Shown one piece after another: positions 12,601 to 21,557 of a stretch of DNA of 64,000 nucleotides. The translations under genes were made by a program, and so were the position numbers. Positions within the stretch are counted from its first letter, which is position 1, and the number at the start of each line of letters is the position of its first letter. This stretch comes from Monocercomonoides exilis PA203 (Eukaryota > Protista > Preaxostyla): assembly GCA_001643675.2 (NCBI GenBank), contig LSRY02000010.1, positions 868,001 to 932,000 on the forward strand, in the 5' to 3' direction. The notes beneath the pieces were generated by a model. That model searched no databases, had not been told where the DNA came from, and saw nothing but the letters and a program-made list of their open reading frames with translations.

Positions 12601-12747
12601 AAATGCATTATCATGAGTTTTAAACGTATTAGAGCAAGATTGTGCTCTTACATCTGTTTTTGTAATATTCTTTTTTGAGTTATATGGCTTTGATACTGCG
12701 GTTGGCGACAGAGAGCGTTGAATTGAAGGAAAATGTGAAGTGTGCAT
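655..12747 (-). CDS. Giant (4030 aa) low-complexity/coiled-coil protein with an IQ motif and Sfi1-like centrin-binding repeats; probable cytoskeletal/basal-body protein
   Basis: Uninterrupted 12-kb ORF from ATG to TAA. The motif AKVIQQWFRRILQRRKF (IQ-like, ~4790-4850) is followed by basic helical repeats ending in [F/I/L]xxW: AFQMW, CIRHW, AIQRW, KFVYW (W-to-W spacing 33, 34, 35 aa), then LLRW and VFGSW. The rest is Ser-, Glu- and Lys-rich. Confidence 0.8.
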   Translation of the reverse strand: MHTSHFPSIQRSLSPTAVSKPYNSKKNITKTDVRAQSCSNTFKTHDNAFFHFPPLFSSSVRSSMTEEEALSELKQIQHKAPIYENKKITFQKKSPPRPTEALRLISSQFLRSSTPTSLNNSLRNSSSYSRVSRSSLERLPPMSKKASNPSISSSLTRSAASAKRSINKNDKTQIPQKRTPHTAAVIIRETPQKSDGLMPLRLSHILRTSDVKEMKSEPQNLSKKEKTGQKTLTSKKSTASRKSTKISLSLPNRIKELKRKKSQDRKSSSAYRKDEKDLAISANNLTDKNDEETKICNVSAKIDDIQKNEGGVTYEKVNEKEVDGLKITNTKKKKKKKKKKKKISHQTFDDSAFLSDANIQHESETKEEKVEGTNLPSNKLSLKLSFPSEGHADGNILFHDNYSLNSLMSAASLESLLSPSALSVAAAVGIFPSPRTKHTTASEYSDANTLSSRQTERRRQLMAHSSDISTEAKDEFADEEERFERRVESMPSWSSLLKDSEEEEVEDIVKRMNSDTVSDKENGNDARLQASESEEQKNEEAKALEGDEAKLESKEEEFIQQPSTSNGDITTETEEIEKKGISEPDAKPANEQNNTFENEERSAETEKLTQQSESIEHSEVKPQEVSDINKSVEADVDKDKKEGDDSEWDWVLEDWDGEGEKEDDEEWDYEWEEVEEEDNANINGEKEKEKENDGENKNNNKEDNNLKEARKAEDEAVSLQVMESNLFEKPKEIEVSSKLTPSDSFEKQDFPLNPSSSSSSSSTLPSCFSMTSATTIITTGQPATPTGFFHFTPVTSSSSSSSSSSSSSSSSFPSVFSINPPQPPAPLATEASSRSVASIDPKLAEDMSVGESFWMPSSDSILHSSSQRSFLEADTPSSANSWTQNGASYEKKRRRSGRNESDEFDESGSDLSQDDLSLTASSVSSYTSTTTTTRSSTSFVPDEDEDEENSLGGSWSESESASFSSEESQAAVALQKSQRRSERDVGSDDKQKLLSNRSQTDNGEKLGSLQRNQADYNQRSIQRHTSTSSSSSPSSSNFASSSFSSAWALMKPQPSISSSSSNMLSPLPSTYSTKHLPPSASASFVPSSNLLSVPNAKSLARRQTAYEKNLIIQPGISFIAQRDAPAQPEHTTDLHRKASKSPVTQSKSSTSRPQPPPSLLSNAFFPYSSIQKAPAMDSSNSTSSLLTRAITISSSLPLNATQSPSKTTTSHISQAASASISNSTTLSSSVTTTSPSITQAPSLTSTSFRKPSMASTSNPHISTLPAISYTSRTLTSATSEYAPRNKENILSPKQRAASGRRRSKRRSRTVAQIGVDDDNEYEDNEASPFSIDNTTDESANRSRQGGNYPTRSQRSLTTVDNELSLTQGLEESESTSSLFRRVRAATTRNLSLLRPVTNNEASRGYEANASDDPFSDRGNEKTQLARNHSATRRSYKASQLQLDGEQSVNGTSASSASMPFDSSSAMHSLQSHNSPSSFAAPPFDANTSFFMAMQQSIEGGALSDANFSGLTSPTSPSRSFEIPGSIPATPFSAGIPTSDGVESTTSCVLASPSALPDEGHTAHLTRKSGASRSSKRKSPVPSPSLTSGTNSSRTLIHKLQGADKHWMSRGEHGSNKNRKKLGSTSLLFVPPSAVNRYDGTDLDPLMKTEGELTNNTSDEAEENFKRQKEMRKNSRLSYVLTEILSRSISESNKAPKQRLISNLVKHQREGLVLAPAAASSVRLGMARSSCKESSRVSSNRKKRTHHQRNSSANSSQIGQQSSTDLISVNSRASSSSTATFHSSSPHSKTSGRASESHRSTLSVSSSHSSRTSSRTDSSSHSRNSSSADSSSSLKSPSSQTGSESSTSYTSKSTNRTKDKTSVHSSRSRRSMNNENGSQNEKSEKDVIENADIQANAERGSKRHLRSPSLPTHKHNHHHHHHHRRSHHHRRKSSLQSEDLSPLDVENDENTILNEVEREIKRREREEKKEEKKKRKMERSLMQKQEQEESSKSNGIADNEAIGQQLKMNEGSNIGSDRRAVDKDACEDEKREEARKRETEAGSKKFSNVFEGENGEFCRVDSTQRRICHQSNQLHSNGQHSLGEDDDSDGTKESANSGFSDESSQQMEMEEESEEDELDLQVMKTSLLPPAIQEGDEWEEEQQFHRRETTSSLPPIDSATSRLQLEDEKSTGENEATEANKSNESTDEKKESTEATKNNNGSTLFGQSGQPMNTKPLLINVDHNSFDPFHTTPRHSLGMFQMFHPPPNMFAVPTRSASFSINILPTAIAPTSTPRHSNGSNQNTPTSVRGTASHHEMFTPSSARGAGPVGKFDFDSFSSPTTTSISQKTTPRSPSQISDSPLTKSPTIGGITLVPYSHPKPVIRRSLSMMGQYRQSFSFHPPQNQTTPTGSNQQATDSAFSANGVAPSPSPPAYMLHSTSIGQGQGDDVSPMSPQSKFRVSPPISDEELDKLGVKDAASLWNRLTGATGDANKKKKFNSSASGDIYNAGSEDEDTDKKNQPAKPRTSMATLLKGKLKAMGFDFTGGGKGGRDVAGGSTAASSKTPTVLLSQLIKSWHGSSKLKGASHSGKGGDQNGGMGQGRDGVNADGTLRSDRLSEIPSDTKALLMMMDENGRVSTDGSEPMSFEQLMRRQKSAKVIQQWFRRILQRRKFLKYKQKKEQKIQDLSVNAFQMWRWWTVKQIRRRKIAYVMVDVYNTALQLRCIRHWRFVWLRKKKQLDRFERLVTQKHKMHLKHDAIQRWKLWAAPNIILTRIFRSQRCQRFILRRQCTRKFVYWAALAQYKKAVKLRAIVFFRLSEEFIPALPSRWASVPFLQALREDYIRKDILERVLMRFAFVRLCPVVLLRWREWMEKRREKKEMKHRGDLNVMKRVFGSWQKYVVRMKRVRKKRKLQLEREEEFNNVMAQMKENYEGWKQNREEKFKTEFPRIRQLLTNLMTDLGKFEEEMKLRREARDADLKMFMREMQKVNGTVKKEILGDELVSVRDDASKRTSRTPKSERSAATMLSALTPGTESNNTDNDSAEFSVDDTSIFDELDELEDEEIRKKREEEEDRQWLNNYKKQQLLNQLFEEENDQTSSSTHFLGSIGSKLKEIEEYSKTMNGKDDIELVAFKHAPSSQVSLPTASLASSSQSKFPGYFSSMSSSSQLLSAATFASASRASGSSRPLASFLPNSSAEQLPFASSISSSSLASTSTAPVASSSFFPSISPSASPSPSASPVGSIASLPTPSPSLASASLTTSAVPPSVSPSSMFSRNLSDSSITHAISPAFTPSPVGSSSSSVFVSSELTSGMEGRESAMLSTEQQDFPPQNTKSSPDEVAASSQSEASLAQSEVGGESASTLSSSSLPPRLPLSSLELGTTASFPFSKPPTRSSEMRSSQRNLTIDAPPLVMMANMSPSFTPTLSPSSSQSFSLSSTPIHSNRRSSLSVDGADKEKEKLHIEFNPNYTTKIEHPMASRHSFGWSKHTFLQRGGSLAPLAEPTLVPLARSDLNIPSLVTLAPTKETIALLNKAKKEREEREKKEKEEREERERKEKEERERIERERKEKELKEKGRKRNREKLQEENRDKTTLDNQKGYRTLSRRDTPLPDGQTGVANERKSPGLCADELETVNSEEIMLDFADNDVPDDELTPRAKERRRLIQLQKEYEDTLTEQEKKEKAALELKQAQEEGFLKEASSTQTTARDKTVRSGRSSMLKLKRTSSTLMRKKMGSKSFLLAGSGNGSTTQSTARHREDASNPESRRDDDAMTFHTKTGGGGGSGMVSSRSLFGDGLMSVRGNVGGGKTTRRSRTYGESRQNTSRSIRGDDGEGLTTRSKGFGLGSGSGMVSSGQNLAKTRKESKIIERIVQQTEEEKEIEDLLKSRIEREEINWNLLIGTMKKEKLIEFTPEEQQKILDEKILADEKEKERKIAIDERWKLKELRSSLSRHSSLSLFVPTTPLATQTPTSSTSRLQTQAKSAKKEEEERMMKDRRRLFKQLNQSKEAVGALLRKTCTDQSSQDDSLWNVDEDSVGSDLSEDISVVEDDDISWI

Positions 12748-13125
12748 TTATTCGTTTTCGAGAAATCAAACAAAATTTTTTTCTTAAAAATGGAATAAGC
12801 ATAAAATAATTAAAAGCATATGAATGAACAATAACATTCTAAACCTTCCACAGCTGAAATTGGCTTTGAAGTTGTTTTCATAAAAAGATGTAATGGGACA
12901 ATAATAAGAAAAAAAATATAAAAAATGAGTGAAGTCTTGCAATAAAATCGTAGTGCAAAAAATAAAAAAAAAGTGTTGTGTTGTAAAAAATGATCTGAGG
13001 AAATAATGTTAAAAACTGAATGAAAAATAAGTATTTACAGAAAATGATTAAGTTAAACTACTTTGAATTGTATGTGTATGTGTATATATAAAACGCAAAT
13101 CCTTCTATTTTTTTTTTTTCTTTTT

Positions 13126-14783
13126 TTAGCCATCCAAAACATTATAGATTACCTTTGAGATTTCCGCCGCCTCTCTCTCCGTCTTTCCCTTCTCCGTCAC
13201 ATATACCCCCCTCGCATCTCCGCCTTCCACAACCTCCACACGCAGCGGAAGCGACTTAAATGGGACGGCAGGTGGAGGGAATCTGCAGTGAACAGAATGA
13301 AATGTTCTTTCATTGGCGAGCTTGATGTACGATTCGCCCACAATCATCTGCCTGTCCATGATTTCGATCATCTGCTCGTTGGAGAAGGGGCCTTTGACGG
13401 TGAGGGAGGAGTCGATGACATACCAGCAGCGGTTGGCGACGGATGAGGGCGGGCAGGTTAAAGATGGAGGGGAAGAGGAAGAAGAAGAGGAGGAGGAGGA
13501 AGAAGAAGAATGAGAAGAAGAAATAGAGGAAGAAGAAGAGGAAGAAGAAGGAGAATGTGATGATGATGATGATGAATGAGGAATATATTTTGTAAGTGTT
13601 GATGGAGGTGTTGCTAACAATGAAGAAGCTGTATCATCAGAAGGAGATGAATATTTTGTTGTAAAAGAAGAAGAAGAAGAATATCTTGTTTTCCTATCAG
13701 AAGTTGTTTTTCTCTTCTTTGCAGTATTAACATCAATATAATCTCGATCAAATCGTTGAGGCTGAATGAAAGGCGGATGATGACCCAAAATGCCTTCTTG
13801 TTCTTTTGATGGAGTGTATTTCTGTTTGAAAGTGGTGCGCTGCTTTGAAGGAGGATGTGATGTTTGAAGAGAATTTGGTGGAAAAGATGAAGAGGAAGAA
13901 GAAAATGGTGGTGGTGGTGATGATGATGATATTGGTGAATATGAAGAAGAAGAAGAAGAAGATGGAATGTATTGTGTTGCTGTTTGCACAGCAGCATTTT
14001 CAGCTGGTTTGTACAAATAAGCAGAACTAACAGAAAGAGAATTAGCAGAAGAAGAAGAGGAAGAGATAGAGGCAGAAGAAGAGGCAGAAGAAGAAGCAGT
14101 ACGAGAATTCTCCTTTTTCGCCTTTCGTGTTTGGCGTTTCGATGCTTTGGGAGCAGAAGTGGAAGTTGTAGAAGGAGGAGGAGGAGGAGAAGAAGAAGAA
14201 GAAGATGATGATGATGATGATGAAGCAGATGAAGCAGAAGAAGCAGAAGAAGCAGATGTTTGTGTAACATTCTCTGTTGGTTGCTGAGTGCTTTCTTGCT
14301 TATCAGAAGGACAATAATACAATTTGGATGAAGTTTTGTTGCTTTCTATTTGTTTTTTCGGCTGTTGAGTTTCGATGCGATTGGATGGAATGTACAAAAC
14401 ATTGCTTTCAATAGGCGCTGTCTGCTTTTTGCTTGGTTTCAGATCTGTTTTTTCAGAATTATCTGCCTCTGATAATGAATCAGTAACATTCATCTTCTTC
14501 TCCTTCTCCTCCTTCTCCTTCTTCTTCTTCTTCTTCTGCGACCGTTTTGACTTGTTTTTGCTTGTAGTTTCTGTCTTTGTCTGTTGTTCGTTTTCTAATA
14601 TTTCTCTTTCTGGCTTCCAAATCTGCCGTTTCGCTGTCTTTTGCATAGAAGATTCAGAGTTATCTTCTGTGAGTGCTGTACTAGATGAAATCAACTGTGG
14701 AGAAGTATATGTTCCCAGAATAGAAGAAGAAGAAGAAGAAGAAGAAGAAGAAGAAGAAGAAGAAGAAGAAGAAGAAGAAGAAG

Positions 14784-14815
<32 letters not shown>

Positions 14816-15007
14816 TATGAAGAAGGTGCTAATGGTTCTGAAGCAAATGAAGAGTATTTGTGTTGACTTGTGTAATGAGTGGAAGATGGCTGGCTGGCGT
14901 GAGTCTCAAAAGATGCCGCAGGAGAAGCAGAGAAAGAAGAATACGAAGAAATCATCGGGCTCTGTGAAGAGGATGGAATGTAAATGTGAGTCTGATTGGA
15001 AGAAGAG

Positions 15008-15042
<35 letters not shown>

Positions 15043-16146
15043 TGTTGATGATGATGATGATGACGACGGAAGCGTCAAAGGCATTTCGGATGCAGCTGCT
15101 TTTCCCTTTTTTGCAGTCTTCCTTTTTGCACTTCTTTTATTTCTCTCTCCTTCAGGTGTGTTTTCTGGGTTGTATTCGGCAATAGATAAAGAAGGCCTGC
15201 CCTTTCTGATTTTTTCCTTCACTTCGTCGTCTGTACGCATCTTTTCGATTGCAAAGTGTATCTGAAATTTTGCGCTAAGTTCAGTGCTCAGATTTTTGTT
15301 TTCTATTATTTCACATTTTATTGGATAATCAATGAATTTTTCCAATGGATTGGGGAATCTTGATTTGATAGTGTGGAATCCTGCTTCACTCTGGATGCGA
15401 ATATACGAATCATTATATATCCTTTTGTTTTCAAGAAAATACAGCATTTGAAGTTGTGAAAATGGTCCTTTTAGTTCTTCATTCTCATCATAAATCATCC
15501 AGCATCCTTGAGATATTATTCTATCAACAACCTTGCACGATTCAAATGTCAAAAATTGTTGCGTGATATCTGAATTAACTGACGAATAATTTATTGATGA
15601 ATAAATTAATTTTGATTGATTTTCAGAAGAATGAAAAGCTGTCGATGAAGAAGATGTTGGTATATAGTTGAATGATGAATGATGTGATGGAGAAAGCTGC
15701 ATTTCGGGATGATATGAAGATGCAAAAGCTAACGAAGTGGATTTATTCTGCAATGATACGGGTTTATATTCAAATAACGTGGAATTTTGTTTTTTATCAT
15801 TTTTGTGGTTTCCGTGTGATTGAGAAACATATAAAGCATTATCCAAAGGCTTCCGTTCAGATAATTTCTGTTCATTACGGATATTTCCAATTTCTCTCTT
15901 TTTGCTTCTTCTTGATTCTTGCCTGGATAGCCTTTGCTCAACATGTGAAACATCAAGAGGAATATCAACAAAAGGAATTAAAGGATGAGGAAATCTGCTT
16001 GAAACTGAATGGAAATTCAATTCATTTTTCAATCGTATGAAAGAATCTGGTAAAAGATTCTTATTTTCCCAAAAATTACGCATTTCAATAAAAGAAAACG
16101 GTCCAATCTCTTTGCCAGAACCATCCAGGGCAAACCATTCTGACAT
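13126..16146 (-). CDS. Protein with three GYF-like (GYF_2/DUF4339-type) domains separated by Ser-rich linkers
   Basis: Three copies of the W-x-x-x-D...GPFS..[EQ]M...I[RK]...FH[ST][VI]..RFP motif: WFALDGSGKEIGPFSFIEM, WMIYDENEELKGPFSQLQM and WYVIDSSLTVKGPFSNEQM. 1006-aa ORF ending in TAA. Confidence 0.8.
14723..14812. repeat. (GAA)30 microsatellite encoding poly-Ser in the GYF gene
   Basis: Pure GAA run of 90 nt, read as TCT Ser codons on the minus strand. Confidence 0.95.
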
Positions 16147-16572
16147 TATTAACTTTTATTAAAAAAACGCATGATTATAAAAAATTACATCTTTTGAATA
16201 TTCAAACCTCTGAATAACGCAAAATGAAAAAAAAAAAATAAAATCCCTTTTTCGGCATAAATCAATAAATATGTTATGGTATTATCCGATTTTTTCGTTT
16301 CAATATGTTGAAATTGAAAACTGTTGTTTGAAGATAACTTCAAACAATGACAAACAATATTTATTAACATTTTGGTAAATTTTTTAATTCATTTATTCAA
16401 AATGGAATAGTTTTGTATTTTTCCAAATAAAAAATAATCTTAACTCATGAGGAGGTTCAAAGGGATGCAAACAATGATTATAAAAATTGCAATGTTATTT
16501 AGAAAATATTTAATCCAGTTCCATTGATTGAAAATTATAAAATAATATCATTTTTTATAAAAAATAACTAAT

Positions 16573-17248
16573 TACACCATTTATTATTCAAATTTGGTGA
16601 ACTTTTTATTCAAAATTAATATACTAACTATTCGAAATTGTTAAACTTCTTATTCAAAATTAATAAAAATCAGTATTTTTTATTAAAAAATTTTTTGATA
16701 ATTAGTTAGTGTTAATAATGGTGGACACTTTCAATAACTGTGGACAGTGGCATTTTCTCAACAATTATTGACAGTTGCATTTCGACAAATAGACCAATTA
16801 TTTTTTTTTTTGAATACACACTTATATGGCATTCAGAGATGAAACAACTTGCTTCAAAGAACGTAGAAAAAACATTTTCTATTTTTGTAGAAACTTGGAG
16901 AAATAAGATTCTCCGAATTTCTCCAAGTTTCTACAAAAATAGAAAATGTTTTTTCTACGTTCTTTGAAGCAAGTTGTTTCATCTCTGAATGCCATATAAG
17001 TGTGTATTCAAAAAAAAAAATAATTGGTCTATTTGTCGAAATGCAACTGTCAATAATTGTTGAGAAAATGCCACTGTCCACAGTTATTGAAAGTGTCCAC
17101 CATTATTAACACTAACTAATTATCAAAAAATTTTTTAATAAAAAATACTGATTTTTATTAATTTTGAATAAGAAGTTTAACAATTTCGAATAGTTAGTAT
17201 ATTAATTTTGAATAAAAAGTTCACCAAATTTGAATAATAAATGGTGTA
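16573..17248. mobile_element. Fold-back/MITE-like element: perfect 332-bp inverted arms around a 12-nt loop, bounded by TA
   Basis: 16573-16904 is the reverse complement of 16917-17248; the loop is AAGATTCTCCGA (16905-16916). The ends read TA|CACCATTT...AAATGGTG|TA. There is a subterminal 44-nt-period repeat (AACTTTTTATTCAAAATTAATA at 16600, AACTTCTTATTCAAAATTAATA at 16644). The palindrome is certain; the MITE identity is inferred. Confidence 0.7.
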
Positions 17249-19544
17249 TTTGTTTGTGTTATTTTTGGAATAGAGGAATTGTTTTTGATGAAAAAAAATT
17301 TTTTTCATATTGTTCTAATCAATCGTTTATCAAAAAAACATGAAAAATAATTTTTTATCTGAAAATATTATATTTTATTTATTTTGTGGTTTTTCTTTAA
17401 TCTTGAATGTTCAATGGGAAAACCACATCAAAACGATAAAAATGGAAATTCATATTTTCATTTCAATCACTTTTGACTAGAAAAAAACAAAGCACAGAAT
17501 AAAAATTATAATTTCAATAATATTCACTGGAATCTAAATTTTTTTCGGAAGTGCTGACGCTAAAAAAAAGTTTCATATATTAAGGAAATTAGTTCATATT
17601 GAATTGTTCACGTGTAGTAATTATTGCAAATGAAAAATTAGAGAATGCTTGAAGACAACCAACTTTTTGTTTTATTTATTTCGAAAATTTTCATTCTGTC
17701 AAATCTTCGATCATTCAATAATTATAATTCGAAAAAATGGGAGATACTGTTTCATTTCAGGAATTTCTATAGAAATATTATGCACTGTGTGTGAAATTTT
17801 AGAAATCAAAAAATTCAAATAAAATGAGTTCATTTTTGATTTATAAGTGAGATCACAAAGTTTTATTGCTAAAAATCAATTGTGAATGTTGTCTGGTGAG
17901 AAAATCCAATTTTAATACCAAAATCAAAGAAAGTTCAATTTGGGAATGAGTACAACAAAGGTTTGATGATTCTTGTTTCAATAGGTTGAAGCTCTTCATT
18001 TTCCTTCATGTTGTAGGAAAAACTTTGACAACAAAAAAAAAAATATCCCATGATAATAACTTTTTGACAAGTGTTTCACTTTTTTTGGAAAAAATATTTG
18101 AAAATATGGGGGAAAATACAGATATATAAACTTTTTTTGCTTAAATCATTAATTTTTTGTTTTTCTCATTAATCAACAAAGTTTTCTCAGATTTCGAGAT
18201 AATTTGAATATTTCTATCAGTTTACATTCATCGTTGATATCAAAATATAATACTTTGTGATTTCACAAACATTTCAAAATATGAACATTTTTTTCCTATT
18301 TTTTATCACTAAAAGTTCTTCGGAGGTGCGTGATTTTTTAATGAAAATGCATGAAGTGAAATATTTTGTCCCATATTTGAAATATTATTCGAGTGGAACA
18401 TTTTGGAATAAAAAAATTTTTTTGATAGAATATCAAATTTCTCTTATTTTGAAATAATTTGGAAAAAAAAATAAATAAAGGATAATTTATTTATTTTGGG
18501 AAAGAAGTGCAGAATTATTTTCAGGTTATTATTAAAAAAACTTTTTTTAATAAAAAAATATCATCAAAAAATGAAATTTTAACAGAACGGAAATAAAAAT
18601 TAAACAAAGAAATAACTGTTTTTTTTCTTTTCATTCATTCTTTATTAAAAAAGTGAATTGTGAAATCACAAAGGTGAACGTTCAATTTTGAAATCAAAAA
18701 AAATTTTTAGGGCGATTTTTTTGAAACATCTACATATCTCTGGGTGTTTATTATTATGAAAATTCATAGTCATTTGTGAAATAATATTCGTTCTAAATTG
18801 AAAATGCTTATGCATCTGTTCAAAAGCGAAAGTTTGATATGAATTAATAGTGGAGGAGTTTTTAAAGAAATCAATCACTTTTCAGCTTGCATTTATGAAT
18901 ATTCGTGACATATATTCAAAACGATATTTTCGGTGGAAAAAATATGATTTCAAAAATTATCACTCATTTGTCGAAATTTTTTTGAAAAGTTCCTTTTGTT
19001 TGATTTTCAAATAAGATTAAAATTTCATATTTCGATCAAATTTCTGTTCACACTCACGAAACTTTTCAAGAATGGAAAAATAAACATTATCAAGTTTTTG
19101 ATTTCATGACTGTGAAATTTGGAAAGTTGGAACAGAAATATGTTTGAAATATGAAATTTTTTTCTTATTTTCAAATTGAACAAAAGGGTCCTTTCAAAAA
19201 AAATTAGCCATTTGAAAGATTCTATTTGAATGTTTGTGTTAAATATTGGAAAATGAATACAAAAATGTGATGATTTTGATGACAGATAACTTTTCAATGA
19301 ATACATCTCAAACTTTGGCTTTCATAACCACTACACTTCATGAAATATGCAAATGATATTTTTTAAGCCATTCACAAAAGATAATTTTGAATTCAACACC
19401 CTCAAAAATATATGATTTCAAAAAAAGAAACCCGTGTGTAAATACAGGCATCTCAGTTTGAAACGAATAAAGCAAGTTATCTCATATTCATCAAAATGCT
19501 TGGAACCATAAAAGCTGAACCATGATTGGTGCGAAAATAAAATA

Positions 19545-21557
19545 CAGGGTCATATTTTTATTAGATCCTTTTTTTTATTCGATCCTATTTTTTTAAAATC
19601 AATTATTCAGCCACCCACATTTCGATTTGTTAATAGTATTTTTAGAATATAAGAAAAATATTAGTGACTGAGTAAATACATTTAAATGCATAACCTGTTT
19701 CTTATGGGGGGGGGGGGGCTAAAAGCCTGCCGTTGAAATTCTTTCAGTCACAGGTTGATTCAAAAGTATTATGAACATGAAAAAATCCATTTAATGTACA
19801 AAAAATAAAGTTTCAATGAAAATTGAAATTTATAATTATAAAATAAATTAATTTGCTTAATGACCATAACCCAAAAAATAAAAAATGAAAAAGGAAGTTG
19901 CGAGGAAATCTCCTGTGGGTCAGCTGAAGCTGCGTGAGGCGATGCTGTCATTCAAATATCGGCAATTTCGGAATCCACTGGAGCGAATGGCGCATGTTGT
20001 TAACGATGGAGCTGTGCGTATGGTGGATGCATACAACAGCAAAAAATTCTGCAAAATTCGAATCAAGCGTGCGGTTAAGGCTGCTAGGCAAGGCAGACTA
20101 GTTCCTAAAATCGGAAGACCAGCTGTGGTCATTGGCGTAAAAGAGCAAATAGTGCTGGACGAAATAAAAATTAAATCACAATCTGAAGCAAACTTTGCTA
20201 TTAAGAAAATACGTTAACTGGTTTGCATAAATATTCTTTGAAATGCTTTCATATGTATTAATCAGATTGAAAACATTGTTAATGATCAAAAACCAGAAAA
20301 CACGCCAGATGTTAAAGTTTCTGCGCCAGTTGCCTACGATTACATCAAACGACATCTTGAGCTGAATGCATCAAAGCAAAAAATTGTTGTCGTAAACAGG
20401 CTTGCTGTATCATGCCAACAAGTTCTAAAGCCCTGGCATGATATTCTCAACGGATTGCATCAGAACAACAGTTACAACAACGCACTGATTTTCAATGTGG
20501 ACGAGTCTTCACTCAGGGTTCCCGACAGCTCCAATAGGAATGTTGTTCATCCGGCAAAGGCAAAACCCGGTTTCGCTAAATCTGCTGCGCGAATGGCGAA
20601 TTCTACACTGATTGCGGCGGTCGCAGCAGATGGACAATCACTTCCTTCAGTGATCCTGTGGCCGAGTCTCAAACTTCCTGATGACTTGAAGCCTCTTCAG
20701 TCTACAAATCTTGAGATTTGGCCGAACAAATGCGGATGGATGGAATCTTCAACATTTAGGAAGTATGCACTTACAATTCTTCTCCCTTCAATCAAAGAAA
20801 GAAGGCAACGCATGTCACTCGACGAATCGCACTGCTTGCTTCAAAGCGACTCCCACATTTCTCGAGCAGATCCAACAATCTGGCGAGAGTTTAAAAAAGA
20901 AAATGTGGATGTTGTGACATTCGTCCCTCACAGCACACACATCTGTCAGCCACTGGACCTAGGCGTATTTGACGTTCTCAAATCAGAGCTGAGTTCACAA
21001 TACGAAGCACCTTCGTCGTCGTCTTCAGCAGCGAAAAGAACAGCTCTTGTTGAAGCTCTCCAACAATCAATTCATTCGGCGCTATCACCTTCTGTTATCA
21101 AAAGAGCATTCAAATCCAGCGGAGTGCTGAAAGACTCGTCTGGGCCAGTTCTGATGAAGCTTCCTCTATCATCGACTTATCCTCTTTCTTCACATAAAAA
21201 TCGATTTGACTTCTACGGCAAAGAAATAACAGAAGAAAAGGTGCTAAATGAGTGGGATGATTATTTGAGAAAGAAAAGCGAAATGGAAAATGAAAAAGAA
21301 AACATTTCGGATGAAGAAAATGATGAAACAATGAATTTCACAAAAAAGCTGAAAAGATAATTCAAAATGCTTCAAGACGAGAACGACATTGAGAAAGAAT
21401 CGTCTGATGAAATTGAAAGAGGGAAGGGAAAAAGAAAAGTCATACGCAAATTAGATTCGAGTCTTGTTTTTTTTTTTTTGATTTTTTTTTAGAATTTTTC
21501 ATTTCGAATATTTTATGTACTAATAAAAAAAATGTGTACTAATAAAAATATGATCCT
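19545..21557 (+). mobile_element. pogo-like (IS630/Tc1/mariner superfamily) DNA transposon, ~2.0 kb
   Basis: Left end TA|CAGGGTCATATTTTTATTAG (19545-19564); right end CTAATAAAAATATGATCCT (21539-21557) matches 18/19 in reverse complement, with eroded terminal bases. The homologous right-arm sequence near 56330-56345 is continuous across this point (empty site). Encodes a DDE transposase. Confidence 0.85.
19885..21360 (+). pseudogene. DDE_1/CENP-B-like pogo transposase (DD35D), 2 exons, with an in-frame TAA
   Basis: Exon 1 is 19885-20220; a phase-0 intron GTTTGC...ATCAG spans 20221-20265; exon 2 is 20266-21360 in frame. N-terminal HTH-like region (KIGRPAVV...EQIVLDEI, YDYIKRHLEL). Catalytic motifs FNVDES, QSDSH and PHSTHICQPLD, with 35 aa between the 2nd and 3rd D. 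TAA at 20215-20217 interrupts the frame. Confidence 0.85.

Noticed and set aside
16740-17081. Two near-identical 75-aa ORFs on opposite strands
   Set aside because: They are a by-product of the palindrome, start at GTG and show no coding signature.
19706-19718. G13 run inside the transposon 5' region as a functional G4 or promoter element
   Set aside because: A single homopolymer with no supporting context.
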